The notes beneath the pieces are model-generated. The model was given only the letters and a program-made list of their open reading frames with translations. It did not search any database and was not told the DNA's origin. The translations under genes and the position numbers were made by a program. Below, in pieces: positions 52,384 to 63,465 of a stretch of 63,465 bases of DNA. Source of the DNA: Chiloscyllium plagiosum (taxonomy: Eukaryota); the NCBI RefSeq assembly GCF_004010195.1, contig NC_057720.1, forward strand, positions 31,787,366 to 31,850,830, read 5' to 3'. Each line of letters begins with the position of its first letter. The stretch's first letter is position 1.

Positions 52384-53994
52384 TGAGGATAACTTTTGCC
52401 TGGCATTATGATTTGGATGTCTTTGGGTGATTAAGCAGGCCAATTCTGGAGCTACAGAACTTCGGGTAGAAAGGGGAAGAATTGCTCTGTGGAAGAGGAG
52501 TGGATTCATGAGCCAGCATTCCATTCCCTGTCCTATTATTTCCGTTGCTTCTTCCCAGTAGAGTTCATGCAGTTTCTGATTATGTTGTGCCTACATGATA
52601 CAGTTTCTGGCAAATTCATTTCCTGTGCTAACATCAATTTGCCCCATTCAGGATGTCCTTAACATGTTTTCCTTGTCCTTCTCAGGATTGGTGCTGTCCT
52701 TAAGTTAAGATTTTTAAAAAGGATTTGTTTCAGAAATCTATTATTTGACATATGGATGCATTGTCCATAACGGTAGAGCTGATTTTGCATGATCATCGTT
52801 ACAATGCTAAAGGATTTGGCTTCAGTGAGGATGTACTAACTGCAAAGTAAAATTTGTGGAACAGGTTTTCAAGGACTAAGAGTGCAGAAAAGCTCTGGGA
52901 AAACATTGACACTGTTTAAAAAAAAATTTTTTTGAAATTAATCAGTTTTCGGAAGGAAATCAAACTCAAATTAAATATTCAGAGGTTCAAGATAACTGAG
53001 GTAACCCTTTGTAAGTTCAAAACAAATCCCATTGGATCCATGTTTCAAACATCATTTAGAGCTGGATTTCACCAGTATTGGGTCAAAATATTTGTGATAG
53101 GATTATTTGGGAATCTGTAATGCTGATACAGTGTATGAATATCTCTCTGTTGTGAAACAATTGCTACACATAATGCCTGTATCTAGACATCATCCAGCAT
53201 ACCAACAAACGTAACAGGCAGTAAGTGTTCACACAATGGTACGATGGTTCTCACACCCATGTTCATAGCAATGGCAGTGACGTTAATCATACCTTCAGGG
53301 AAATTATTGTTTCTGATTTGCAGCTCTAAACTTTATACCAAATTGTAATATATCAGGTTCTCCATCATTTATCAAGAAATAATTTATCACAAAGTGCAAA
53401 GATTTCCTGCATTTTCAGACTTTTAAAATCTGACACAAAGTGATCTGAACAACAGATTTGCTTTACGTTTTAGAATCAATAAATTCTACTTTTTTGTAGT
53501 ATCATCTGATATGGACTACTGTAAATTAATTTTACTGTTTAAAGATCAGCAATGATCAGTTGTGTAAGTGCACAGCCTGGTGTGGCACTGCACTATGGAT
53601 TTCAGAAGTTAGCTGATCTAAGCAAGTTGGTAGCAATACCATTGGTTTCATCACCTCTGTGTTACAGCAAAGAAAACTCATCCTGAATTTGTGTTCCTGA
53701 ATACTGACAAGTGGTCTGGTAAAAAGTGAATTTTGGTTAAAGACAAGCTCTATTGTGACAATCACCTCAGATCTGTCAATTACACATAAATAAAAACAAT
53801 GCTATGACATAAACGAAGTTGCTTCCTTACTAGAGTTACTGTTCTGGATTCTGGTGGGATGCACAGATTGCCTGTGTGCATTACCAACCCCACCTGAAGT
53901 CTGTTCCTCCCGATTAAACAGGCTTGGTTCAGAAAAACAGATGAATGGGACTGAATCTTTGATAAAAAGCAAATGTGTGATCATTTATTGAAGT

Positions 53995-54368
53995 AAGCAA
54001 AGACTTGCATTTATATAGCACTTCTCATGGCCACTGTAAAGTCTTATAACATTTCATAGCCGTTGAATTGCTATGTAGTTGCTTTTGCAATTTCAGCAAC
54101 AGCAGGCAAGCTCCCACAAACAGCAACGAGAATAATCAGATTCTTTTTTGGTAATGGATTAACATTAGCCAAGGTAATGAAGAAGCAGCACTTCAAAAGC
54201 TAGTGCTTCCAAATAAATCTGTTGGACTACGACCTGGTGTTGTGTGATTTTTAACTCTGCACTGGAATGTCAGCCTCTTTGATTTTTTTCTGTGTTCACA
54301 ACTAGATCTTAAACTTGGAACCCTTAATGAGAACCAAGTGGGCTATTCACTGAGCTATGGCTCTGACA
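53995..54368 (-). mobile_element. Decayed Deu-type SINE with nested family B Penelope fragment (54178-54256, +)
   Basis: Tail gacttgcatttatatagca; insert aaagctagtgcttccaaataaatctgttggactac..tgtgtgatttttaact. Confidence 0.6.
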
Positions 54369-56689
54369 TTAGTGCAACTGCTTTAGTTACAGTGTTCTAT
54401 TGAATACAATCTCAAATTTATTCCTCATCACAGCATGTGTTTTTTCTCCAAAAAAAATGTTAATAGTTCATTTCTTTTAAAAATGTATTTATATTTCAAG
54501 TGTTTTTTGTGTTGTTGGCAATTGTTAATTCTAGGGAATAACCTCTTTCTATTTAGACATCTCTTCTCAGCTATAAGCACCCCCAGCCACAATTAGCACA
54601 ATTAGATGCAAAGTAAAGGTTTCTCTGTTCTGCCACAATATGCCATTATATGTTGGGATTTCAGCTTTGGGGAAAAGGGTCACACTGTCTCTGTTGTCTA
54701 ATTGCCTAATATTTTTTATCTTAAAGCCTTGTTCATCCTAAGAAGAAATATGTAAGATGAGAAATTAATATTGATCTGTTTTGTTAAAATTGCAGGATTG
54801 ATTAGGATATATTACTATAATGTTATTTTGCTTCATTGCGTAGGCTGTAGAACAAACTTTCAATAATAATTCAGGCCCTTATGTAAAATTAGTTCCATGA
54901 TTTTGGAGTCATAAAGGCACTATTGTTGAGCTGTGTGTTAAATAGTGGGCTTGTGGGTTTGATAAATGTTCTGGAGATTTCTTAAATTATGTTTAATGTT
55001 AGAGAACATTTTTCTATAGAAATCTCAAAGGAAATTAAATAAGAGGGAGGTCAGATACATGATGAGAATGGAGTTTAACTGGGTTACTGACCCCAGTTGA
55101 CTCAGCTCATAGATGTGGTTTGGATCTGTGGTAGGAATGTCAGTGTGGCTATTATCAGTGCTCCCACTCACTATGAAGCAAATCACACAGCAACCTCTGG
55201 CTGGCACACAGGCACACACCATTTACAAGGCATATCACATGCATGTATGGGAACACTTAGCACTTGCCTGATCTTTATAAGTTTACAAAAGAAGACGAGC
55301 AATTTGACATCTGTTTTACTTCCCTGTGATCCTTAGGAACTTGTTGGCATGACCATGTTTCCTATATTTCTGTGTCATTTATAAATTAGGTGCTTGGATT
55401 TTCAGACTAATCAATTTTTATGTGGAATTTACCAATTAATTTTTAAAGACGGTGTGTACATATGGAATGTACGAGCAAGGGTTAAAGTCCATGCCCTAAA
55501 TAAAGATCTATTTTTAGATTAATTCTCTTTGGAAGGGTTTTTAAAAACAAGACCTCAGGGAACATTGTTAATCTGTCAAAAGCAGAAGATATTGAAAGCC
55601 TTTAGAATCTGACTAGTGTCCTATTCTGTCTGTGCTTCATGAAATTCCTTCAGTGCATGAATTTACAGAAACTAACTGAATGAGGGTGACATCCAGCAAT
55701 GAAGAAAGTGTCACATTTTATAAAGAGATGTATTTTCATTTTATAATCAAAGAAAATCAGTATAATTCACTCTATTTTGACCCAGAATGATTAGGGGTGA
55801 AAGATGAAACCAAACACAGTGACTGTGCCTCGATGATTGAGTGTTCTATTGAGAACTTCCTCCTTGTGCTATTATTACAGAGGTTTCTAAAATTTTCCTT
55901 TCATCAATGTTGTACTTTGGGACTTTGGTGTCTTTGTTTTCTGTTGAAATCTTGGTATTGAATTGACCATTGAATGTAGCCCAGTATATTCTCTTTTGTG
56001 AAGGGCACCAACTTCTTCCTTTGTAAGATCACTTATTGCATCCTCTGCTTCAGCTGATCTCTCATTTTAATTTGCATGCTTAAACTCTCAGTTTTGCATT
56101 TGCCACCTTCGGACATGACTATCCCGGGTAGATCTCCACACTGAGCAGGTCAAAAACTTTTCTAGACATATCTTATCCTGCATCAAGCATTCTTATCCTT
56201 GCTGAAATGATGTCCATGTCCTCACTAACTCTGTACATCTGTCAATTGAGAGAAGGCTTGAAGGGGCATATGGCCCACTTCTGCTATTTTTTTTTCGACT
56301 TAGATATCTTCCTCCAGACCTATTATCCCATGACCTGAACTTTCCCAAGTGGTGGAGAGTGATACCATCCAAATACCTTTTAAATGTTGTAATTGTATGT
56401 GAATAGAAAAGGTTTAGAGGGATATGGACCAAATGGACTAGGTCAGATTGGGATGACTGATTGTCTTGGACAAGTTAGGCCGAAGGATCTGTTTCCGTGC
56501 TGTATGTCTCTATGACTGTAATCCAAAGAAGATTTTACAATGACTGTATTAGAAGGTGGGACTCGAAAATCCACAGCAAAATCTGGGGAGCAGAAGAACA
56601 AGTTTAGGCCAGACGGCCATCAGTACACACAAACTTCATAATTTGCTAAACAATCAATCAAACAATCATAAACCAGACCAATACAAAAA

Positions 56690-57586
56690 AATTTAGAATT
56701 AGAATTAGCTTTATTGTCACATGTACTGTCATGAGCACAGTGAGAAGATTACAAGTTATCACTTATGGCGCCATCTTAGGTACAAAGGTACCTAGGTACA
56801 GAATCTTAAATACAAGTTCTTAGGAACAAAATAGAAGAATAAAGAAATAAAAGGTCCAGCATTAGGTACAAAAGTACAAAATCATAGGAATAAATTAGAA
56901 AAATAAAGAAATAAAAGTTCAGAATAACAGTCCTTCCAACCCAGTCCAAGCCGGCCCTAGACTTCAGTCTACACCGGGCATCACCTCCAGACTGCGCTGG
57001 GCTTCACCTTGAGGCTTTTGAGGCTGAGAGTGCTGGAAGTCCACACTGGCTTCACCTCGAGGCTGGGAGTTGGTGCTGGCATCACCTTGAGGCTGAGAGT
57101 CCACACTGGCATCACCTCGAGGACAGGAGTCTGCACTGGCTTCACCTCGAGGACAGGGGTCTGCATTGGCTTCACCTCAAGGACAGGGGTCTGCATTGGC
57201 TGCACCTTAAGGACAGGGGTCTGTATTGGCTTCACCTCGAGGACGGGAGTCTGCTTTGGCTTCACCTCGAGACTGGGAGTCTGCACTGGCTTTACCTCGA
57301 GGACAGGGGTCCGCACTGGCTTCACCTTGAGGACGGGAGTCTGCTCTGGCTTCACCTCGAGGCTTTTGAGGCCCGGAGTCCACACTCAGTCTGGGAATCC
57401 TTGATGGCTTCACTCAAGGTTCTCGTGGTCAGGAGTCCACATTGAGGCCAGGGGTTTGCGATCACTTCACTTGAGGCTCAAGGATTGCGAGGTAAGAAGA
57501 AAAGGAAACACAAAAATATAATAAAGGAAAAGAAATGGATGGAGCAGGTAAACCTCAGCTGAGGTGTCCTACTCTGCCATCTTGGA
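56690..57586 (-). mobile_element. Putative non-autonomous retroposon containing a minisatellite
   Basis: Minus strand starts ccaagatggcagagtagg and ends aataaagctaattctaattct; no RT ORF. Confidence 0.5.
56998..57385. repeat. 30-bp minisatellite, about 12 copies (ggcttcacctcgaggacaggggtctgcact)
   Basis: Directly visible 30-bp periodicity. Confidence 0.95.
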
Positions 57587-58649
57587 ATTTTTAAATTGTT
57601 TTGATGCTTGAACTCATTGTCCAAGACGTGGAACAGAAAAAGACACACAAACCAAAGCAATGTCCAGCTGGATCACAAAAATGTCACTTGAAAGTGAAAT
57701 GAAAGTGTTATTTTCATAAAATACGCAGAAACAGGAAATGTTCCTTATGCAACATAAGTAATGCTTGTTGAGTTTTCAAAGAAGTTATTAATACTTGGAA
57801 CTAAATGTCATTAGAAAATAATCCTGATTCCCAGAATATACTTTCATTTGAACATGTACTCTTAGCTGATGATATGTCTACATAATCATTCTTCGGGAAA
57901 ACTAGTGTCCAATGAACCAAACAGGACTGAGGGCCAATGGATATCCCACTCAATTCAGAGTTGATCCAGTAGTGAATATCAGTGTGCTTTCTGACAATAC
58001 TTCCTTGTTGAAAAAAAATTTGCAATCTATTGTACTGTTATAGAGAGCAACGCCTATGGTTAAGGGAATATTAAATTTTTATGACATTGAGATTATCAGT
58101 TCACAGAACATGCCAAAACAAAACCAGAAAACCTCATTTCTGACCAAAAAAACATATTTTGCCCGAAAAATCTTGAAATTTGAACAAGGGTGACAATCAG
58201 CAAGAAGACATCTACCATTGACCAACTTGTCACAAGTCAGCAACAAGAAATCTGTACAAATCATAAAATAATGCTGGCGGAATCCAGACAGAAGCACAAA
58301 CCATGTTAGTTAAGCTATGTTTGTGTTAAACAACTGTTTTACATTACCGAAAGAAAACAAACTTCAATTTCATTGGGCTAGAAAAACTGTTTACTTGTTC
58401 CTCATCTATGGAAAGTTTGTCAGCACTTGACTTCCAGAAAACAACTCTGGTAGAACCACTATCTGAAACCAATAGTGAACTCTAAATACAATTGGTCCAC
58501 AGAGAAAGTGTTCAAAAAGAGATTGCCAGCACTGTATAGCCAATGCCATTGACAATAACACCAAACAACATGATGACATCAGTGAAAAGAACAGGTATCA
58601 CTGTGAAAGATGCTCACCTTATGACAAAATCAAAAGACTTCTTTCACCA

Positions 58650-60090
58650 ATCCAAGGTAGGAAACAGAGGGTGGTGGTAGAGTGTTGCTTATCAGGCTGG
58701 AGGCTTGTGACCAAAAGTGTGCCACAGGATCTGTGTTGGGTCCACTGCTTTTTGTTATTTATATAAATAATTTGGATGTGAAGATAGGAGGTATGGTTAG
58801 TAAGTTCGTAGATGACACCAAAATTGGAGGTGTAGTGGACAGAGGAGAAAGTTACCTCCAAGCACAACAGGATCTTGGTCAGATGGGCTAATGGGTCAAG
58901 GAGTGGCAGATGGAGTTTAATTTACCATATAACATTGAGTAATAGCCAAATTGTTTGACTACTTTTTAAGGTTAAATTTATGGGGTTGACTATTACACGA
59001 ATACTACTTTTGAGTGGCTAAACGTAATGCCTATCGAAATTCATACCAGCATAACCAGAAGCCCATTGGTCTCGAAATGAATAAAGAAAAAAAAAGAATT
59101 ACGGTAATTCTGAAAACCCAGAGTAAAGCTGGAAGCCCAGAACACAGCAGGATGACCGGCAAATTGGAAACCTGGAGCTGAATTCAATGACCGGCACACT
59201 GACTCATAAATGTTGATCTGTTATTTGTGAAGAACTAGGGTCGACTTTTACACTATATATAAGGAAGATTCCAGACTTTTTTTGGCCAAAAATAGAAGGT
59301 CAACTTTTACATGAGGCCGACTGTTACTCAAGTATATACGGTCGGTAAATGTGAGGCGCTGCTTTTTGGAAAGGCAAATCAGGACAGGATTTATGCACTT
59401 AATGGTAAAGTCCTGGGGAGTGTTGCTGATCAGAGACTTTGGAGTGCAGATTCATAGTTATTTGAAAGTGGAGTTGCAGGTGGATAGGATAGTGAAGAAT
59501 TTGTTTGGTATGCTCTCCTTTATTGGTCAGTGCATTGAATAAAGGAGTTAGGAAGTCATGTTGCGGCTGTACAGAAAATTAGTTAGGGCACCATTGGAAT
59601 ACTACATGCAATTCTGGGCTCCCTGCCATAGAAAGGATATTGTGAAACTTGAAAGGGTTCAGAGAAGATTTATCAGGATGTTGCCAAGATTGGAGGTTCT
59701 GAGCTATAGAGAGAGGTTGAATAGGCTGGAGCTATTTTCCCTGGAGTGTCAGAGGCTGAAGGGTGACCTTTATACAGGTTTATAAAATCATGAGGAACAT
59801 GGATATGGTAAATAGACAAGGTTATTTTCCCAGGGTAAAACTGAAAGGCATAGGTTTAAGGTGAGAGAGGAAAGATTTAAAAGGACAACTTTTTCACAGA
59901 GAGAATGGTGCGTGTATGGAATGGGCTGCAGGAAGTGGTGACAGCTGGTATAATTACAACAGTTAAAAGGCAAAGGAAGGGTTTAGAGGGATATGGGCCA
60001 AATGCTGGCAAATGGGACTAGATTAATTTAGGATATCTGTCGGCATGAATAAGTTGTACCAAGCGTCTGTTTCTATGCTGTTTCTGACTC
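58650..60090 (+). mobile_element. CR1 LINE 3' region interrupted by a MITE
   Basis: GSVLGPLLFVIYINNLD..SKFVDDTK; LEYYMQFWAPCHRKDIVKLERVQ. Confidence 0.85.
58925..59341. mobile_element. Non-autonomous Tc1/mariner (Tc2/pogo-type) MITE
   Basis: Imperfect TIRs ccatataacattgagtaatagcc / gactgttactcaagtatatacgg. Inserted at a TA in the CR1 (gagtttaattTA|..|tcggtaaatgtgagg), with the right-hand TA mutated. Confidence 0.7.
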
Positions 60091-63074
60091 TGTAAATCTA
60101 ATTATCTTCCATTACATGCTTCAAGGAAAATTAAGATTCTCCAAACCATTTACAACAGTCAATGTCAATAGTTCATCAGCAAATGTCTTCAGTGAAAAAC
60201 ATTCAATAAATAAAAACCTGACAGTGGCACAGAATGACAAAGAGCAATATCTGTGTCAATTATCCTCAAGAAAACAACTACTTACTCCTACAAATTAAGA
60301 CAAACTTGTAAATTCTGAGATTCTATGACTTGGGAGTGGGGGTAGGAGTGGTAGAACAGAGAGTGGTAAACTTGATTTACATCTAAAAGCTTTGGGGGGA
60401 TGGGTAGAGATGGAGAGATTGTCTAAGATATTTGGCTTAGAAAGGTTAATACTGAACACTTAATGGAGCTCTGCCCAATTGAATATATATATGATATGTC
60501 TCTGTCTGAACTAGTCATTCTGCCTCAGTCTGTTCCAGTCTGCAGATAGACACTGTAGTGTGCAATCATGTAGATTAGACTTACCTGCAATCTCTTACCT
60601 CGTGTTAATGTAGTAATGTATGGAAAGTTGTTCTACTGCACTTCCTGTCTTAGTATTGAGTAATACATCTTTCTTATTACTCAAGCATGTGTCTCTTCTA
60701 CCAAAACTTTCATGAGATCATCTTCACCACTTAGTGTTAGTAAGCATTAGACTCGTACTTGAAGAGGGCTTGGTGGCTGCTTTCTACCCACGAATTTGAA
60801 GGTGGATTTCTAACAAGGTTCTCCCTTACAACAAGGTTCCAGTTCCCGGCATCTCGATCAATGCAGTCCCCTCAGAAGCCATTGCTGGTGCTCATGGCAT
60901 GAGGGACTGCCAGCATCAGATTGGTGGGGCATCTTCCAGTGATCTCAATTGTCATGGCACCTGATTCCATGGCTATCCCACAGAACTGCCCACTGTCTGC
61001 CTCGGGAATAAAACTTCCATCGACCTCAGAAAATGCCAGCTGGAAAGATTTTAAGGGGGATTTCTAGAACTTAGATACTAGGCAACTGAAGACATCGCTG
61101 ACAATGATGGAGTGATAGAAATAGATCTGCAAGGCACAGGATTGGAAAACTGCAGAGATCTCAGAGAAAGATAGGAAGGGCAAGGAGGGATTTTTAAAAA
61201 AGTGTGTCAATTTTGAAATTGAAGTGTTGCTGGACTCAGAGGTATTGTAGGTCAGTGAACACAGGATTGATGGGTGAACGTAACTTGGGGTAAGCTGGGA
61301 TCTGGGCAGAGAAGTTATGGTGAGGGTAAATTTATAGATGGTGCAACTTTGGAGGCATGAAATCAGAAATGCATAGGAATTGTTGAATAGAAAAGTCTAG
61401 ATGTATTGATTCTTGTGCCTGCAGTTGTCTAGGTCCTGCACTCTACAATTCTCTCACCAACTCCTCTTTCTAACATCCCCTCCGTCTTTTCAATGCTGCT
61501 TAAAATTGTATGACCAAGCTTTTGATCATTGCTTCTGATATCTTGTTCTGTGTTATACTGTTCTTTGTTTCCTGGAATGCATCATGATAAAGATTTTAAA
61601 TATCCATGAAACATGAGGTGTATTTGCTCATAAACGGGATGCGTGACAAGGCTGTACTTCATGAAAGAGAACAGTCTTTTGTCTGTTAATATGTTGTTTG
61701 CAGAATTGAGGACTGATATACCTCTAGAATTCTTACTGCATTTCATTAGGACCAACAGGAAGAAGGCTGCCATTTTCTGATTGCAAAATTAAAACTGCTT
61801 GAACCCGATTGTGGCTGGACTGTTGCTGTTGCCTATTATGCATTGAAATTAGAGTGAATTGTTCCAGCCGAAACAATTTGCATTTGAGGCTCTTGTCATC
61901 ACGCTCCATGGGGCCATTCTAATGCCTTTGTAACTATAAGTTGTAAAGCTTATTTTGTTCAGCTGGTAGATTTTATCTGAAAGACCACCTTTCAGAGGCC
62001 TGTTCTTCATGGTAATTAAAAGTGCAAAAAACAGCAGATTTCATGTTTTAGCAATTAGCATTATTTTGCTTTGTAACATGAGGCCAAATTAGGCAACATA
62101 AGCTCATGCAATTCATACAAAGACTTTACTTACTTCCTTCCAAAAAGCATTTCATTTCCAGATCTGTGAGAAGAATTCAAAGCAGAATGGCTAAATGCTT
62201 GATTAACCACTTGAAAACTGTTTCCAGACTTTTTATTGGGCTGTAGAATAGCTTAACTATAAGCTTGCTTTCTATAAATGTTCCTCTTCTGTGTTATTTT
62301 AATTAATACAACTGATCTGTTATAAAAAAAATGTTCAACACAGCTAGTAAAACTGGTTTTCTGATGAAGTTACATGTGCATTCCAGGTTACAGTTAAATG
62401 ATGGATTGTTTTCCTTGAAGTATGTAGCATCCACATAAAGTTTAAGTTTCAGATCATAGATGGGATTGTGTGTGAACAAGTCATTTTACATTGATGATAT
62501 ATTTTAAACAAAATAATGGACACTAGTTCAATTCATCACAATTCATCTATCTAGTGTAAATTGATTTAACATCACTTGTAAAGTCATGGTTCCATTGGTG
62601 TAGAAATCTATAATTGCAATGAAATCATTTTGGTCCCATGCTGCTGAATCTCTATATCCAGCTGCATTGCTACTGAGTACCCAGCATAACCTCCACTCTC
62701 TCCTCCCCGCTTCGACCACCCTACAAAGTACCTGGGAGCATTGGCGAGTGCACACATTATTTGTGAAGATTGCTTTGCAAATTGGCTTTTCATTTTATTG
62801 GCCAAATTTGCGTGTGATTATCATTTAAAAATATCAGGAAGATCTGGGTAGGATGCTCTTTGGTCAGTTGATGTTAGCTCATTGGGCCAAATGGCCTACT
62901 TTCACACTATAGAGATTCTTTGATCTCAATTGAGTTATATATTCTAAGCTCTTAAAGGTGAATTTTGGCTTTCAAACTATTTTTGGTGTCTGTGTTTGGA
63001 AATCAGGTGACACCAGCTTTGACTGCTTATGAATTATGGTTGTTTTGGGTAAGTATTAAAGAGTGCCTGAAACC

Positions 63075-63465
63075 AATAGATTTAGAGGTATAGAGCCATA
63101 TAGCAGGCAACTGGATCCTTTGGTCCAACTAGCCCACGTTAACCATGTTCCAAAACTGAACTAGTCCAACTTATCTGTGTTTAGCCCATATCCCTCTCAA
63201 CCTTTCCTATTTATGTACCTATCCAAATGTCTTTTAATTGTTGTAACTGTCACCCCTTCCTCTGGCATATTATTCCACACACGAAACACACTCTGTGTAA
63301 AAATGTTGCCCATCATGTCCTTTTTATAATATTTTCCTCTCACCTTAAAATTATGCCCCCTAGTTTTGAATTCCCCCATCCTAGGGAGAAGACTCTTGCT
63401 ATTCACTTTATCTATGTCCCTCATGATTTTATAAATCTCTGAGGTCAAACTCCTATGCTCCAGAG
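63075..63465 (-). mobile_element. CR1 LINE 3' end (continues beyond window)
   Basis: KTRGHNFKVRG..FTQSVFRVWNNMP. Confidence 0.85.

Noticed and set aside
56998..57385. CRISPR-like periodic array
   Set aside because: The units are contiguous with no unique spacers, the context is eukaryotic and there are no cas genes.
56981..57413. Repetitive ORFs on both strands (VKPVQTPVLE / GFTSRTGVC)
   Set aside because: Explained by a stop-free 30-bp minisatellite; no splice or start context for a gene.
62162..62200. Candidate exon 4 beginning ICEK after ttccag
   Set aside because: In-frame TAA after 10 codons and no donor site.

Overview
Eukaryotic, AT-rich, repeat-dense genomic DNA, most likely from a shark or other cartilaginous fish. 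This is inferred from HE1/V-SINE-like, Deu-SINE-like and abundant CR1 repeats. The one host gene I can support is the 5' part of a BTBD19-like BTB/POZ gene on the + strand: coding exons 7214-7305, 17642-17867 and 24817-24870 splice in frame to 124 codons, and no further exon was found by eye. Upstream lies a decayed L1-clade LINE (1-3970). The introns carry many CR1 fragments, SINEs, a Tigger-like transposase relic, a Tc2/pogo-type MITE and a Penelope-like retroelement (RT + GIY-YIG, 20941-23366). The most interesting signal is about a dozen short Penelope-type terminal-repeat insertions from three sequence families. They carry complete or truncated minimal hammerhead-ribozyme motifs (CUGANGA-stem II-GAA-palindrome-H), are often fold-back palindromes with 10-15 bp target-site duplications, and have 5' breakpoints clustered at the ribozyme core. 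One copy has captured an exact inverted 78-bp piece of nearby intron. All calls were made by eye; repeat boundaries are approximate unless a TSD is given.
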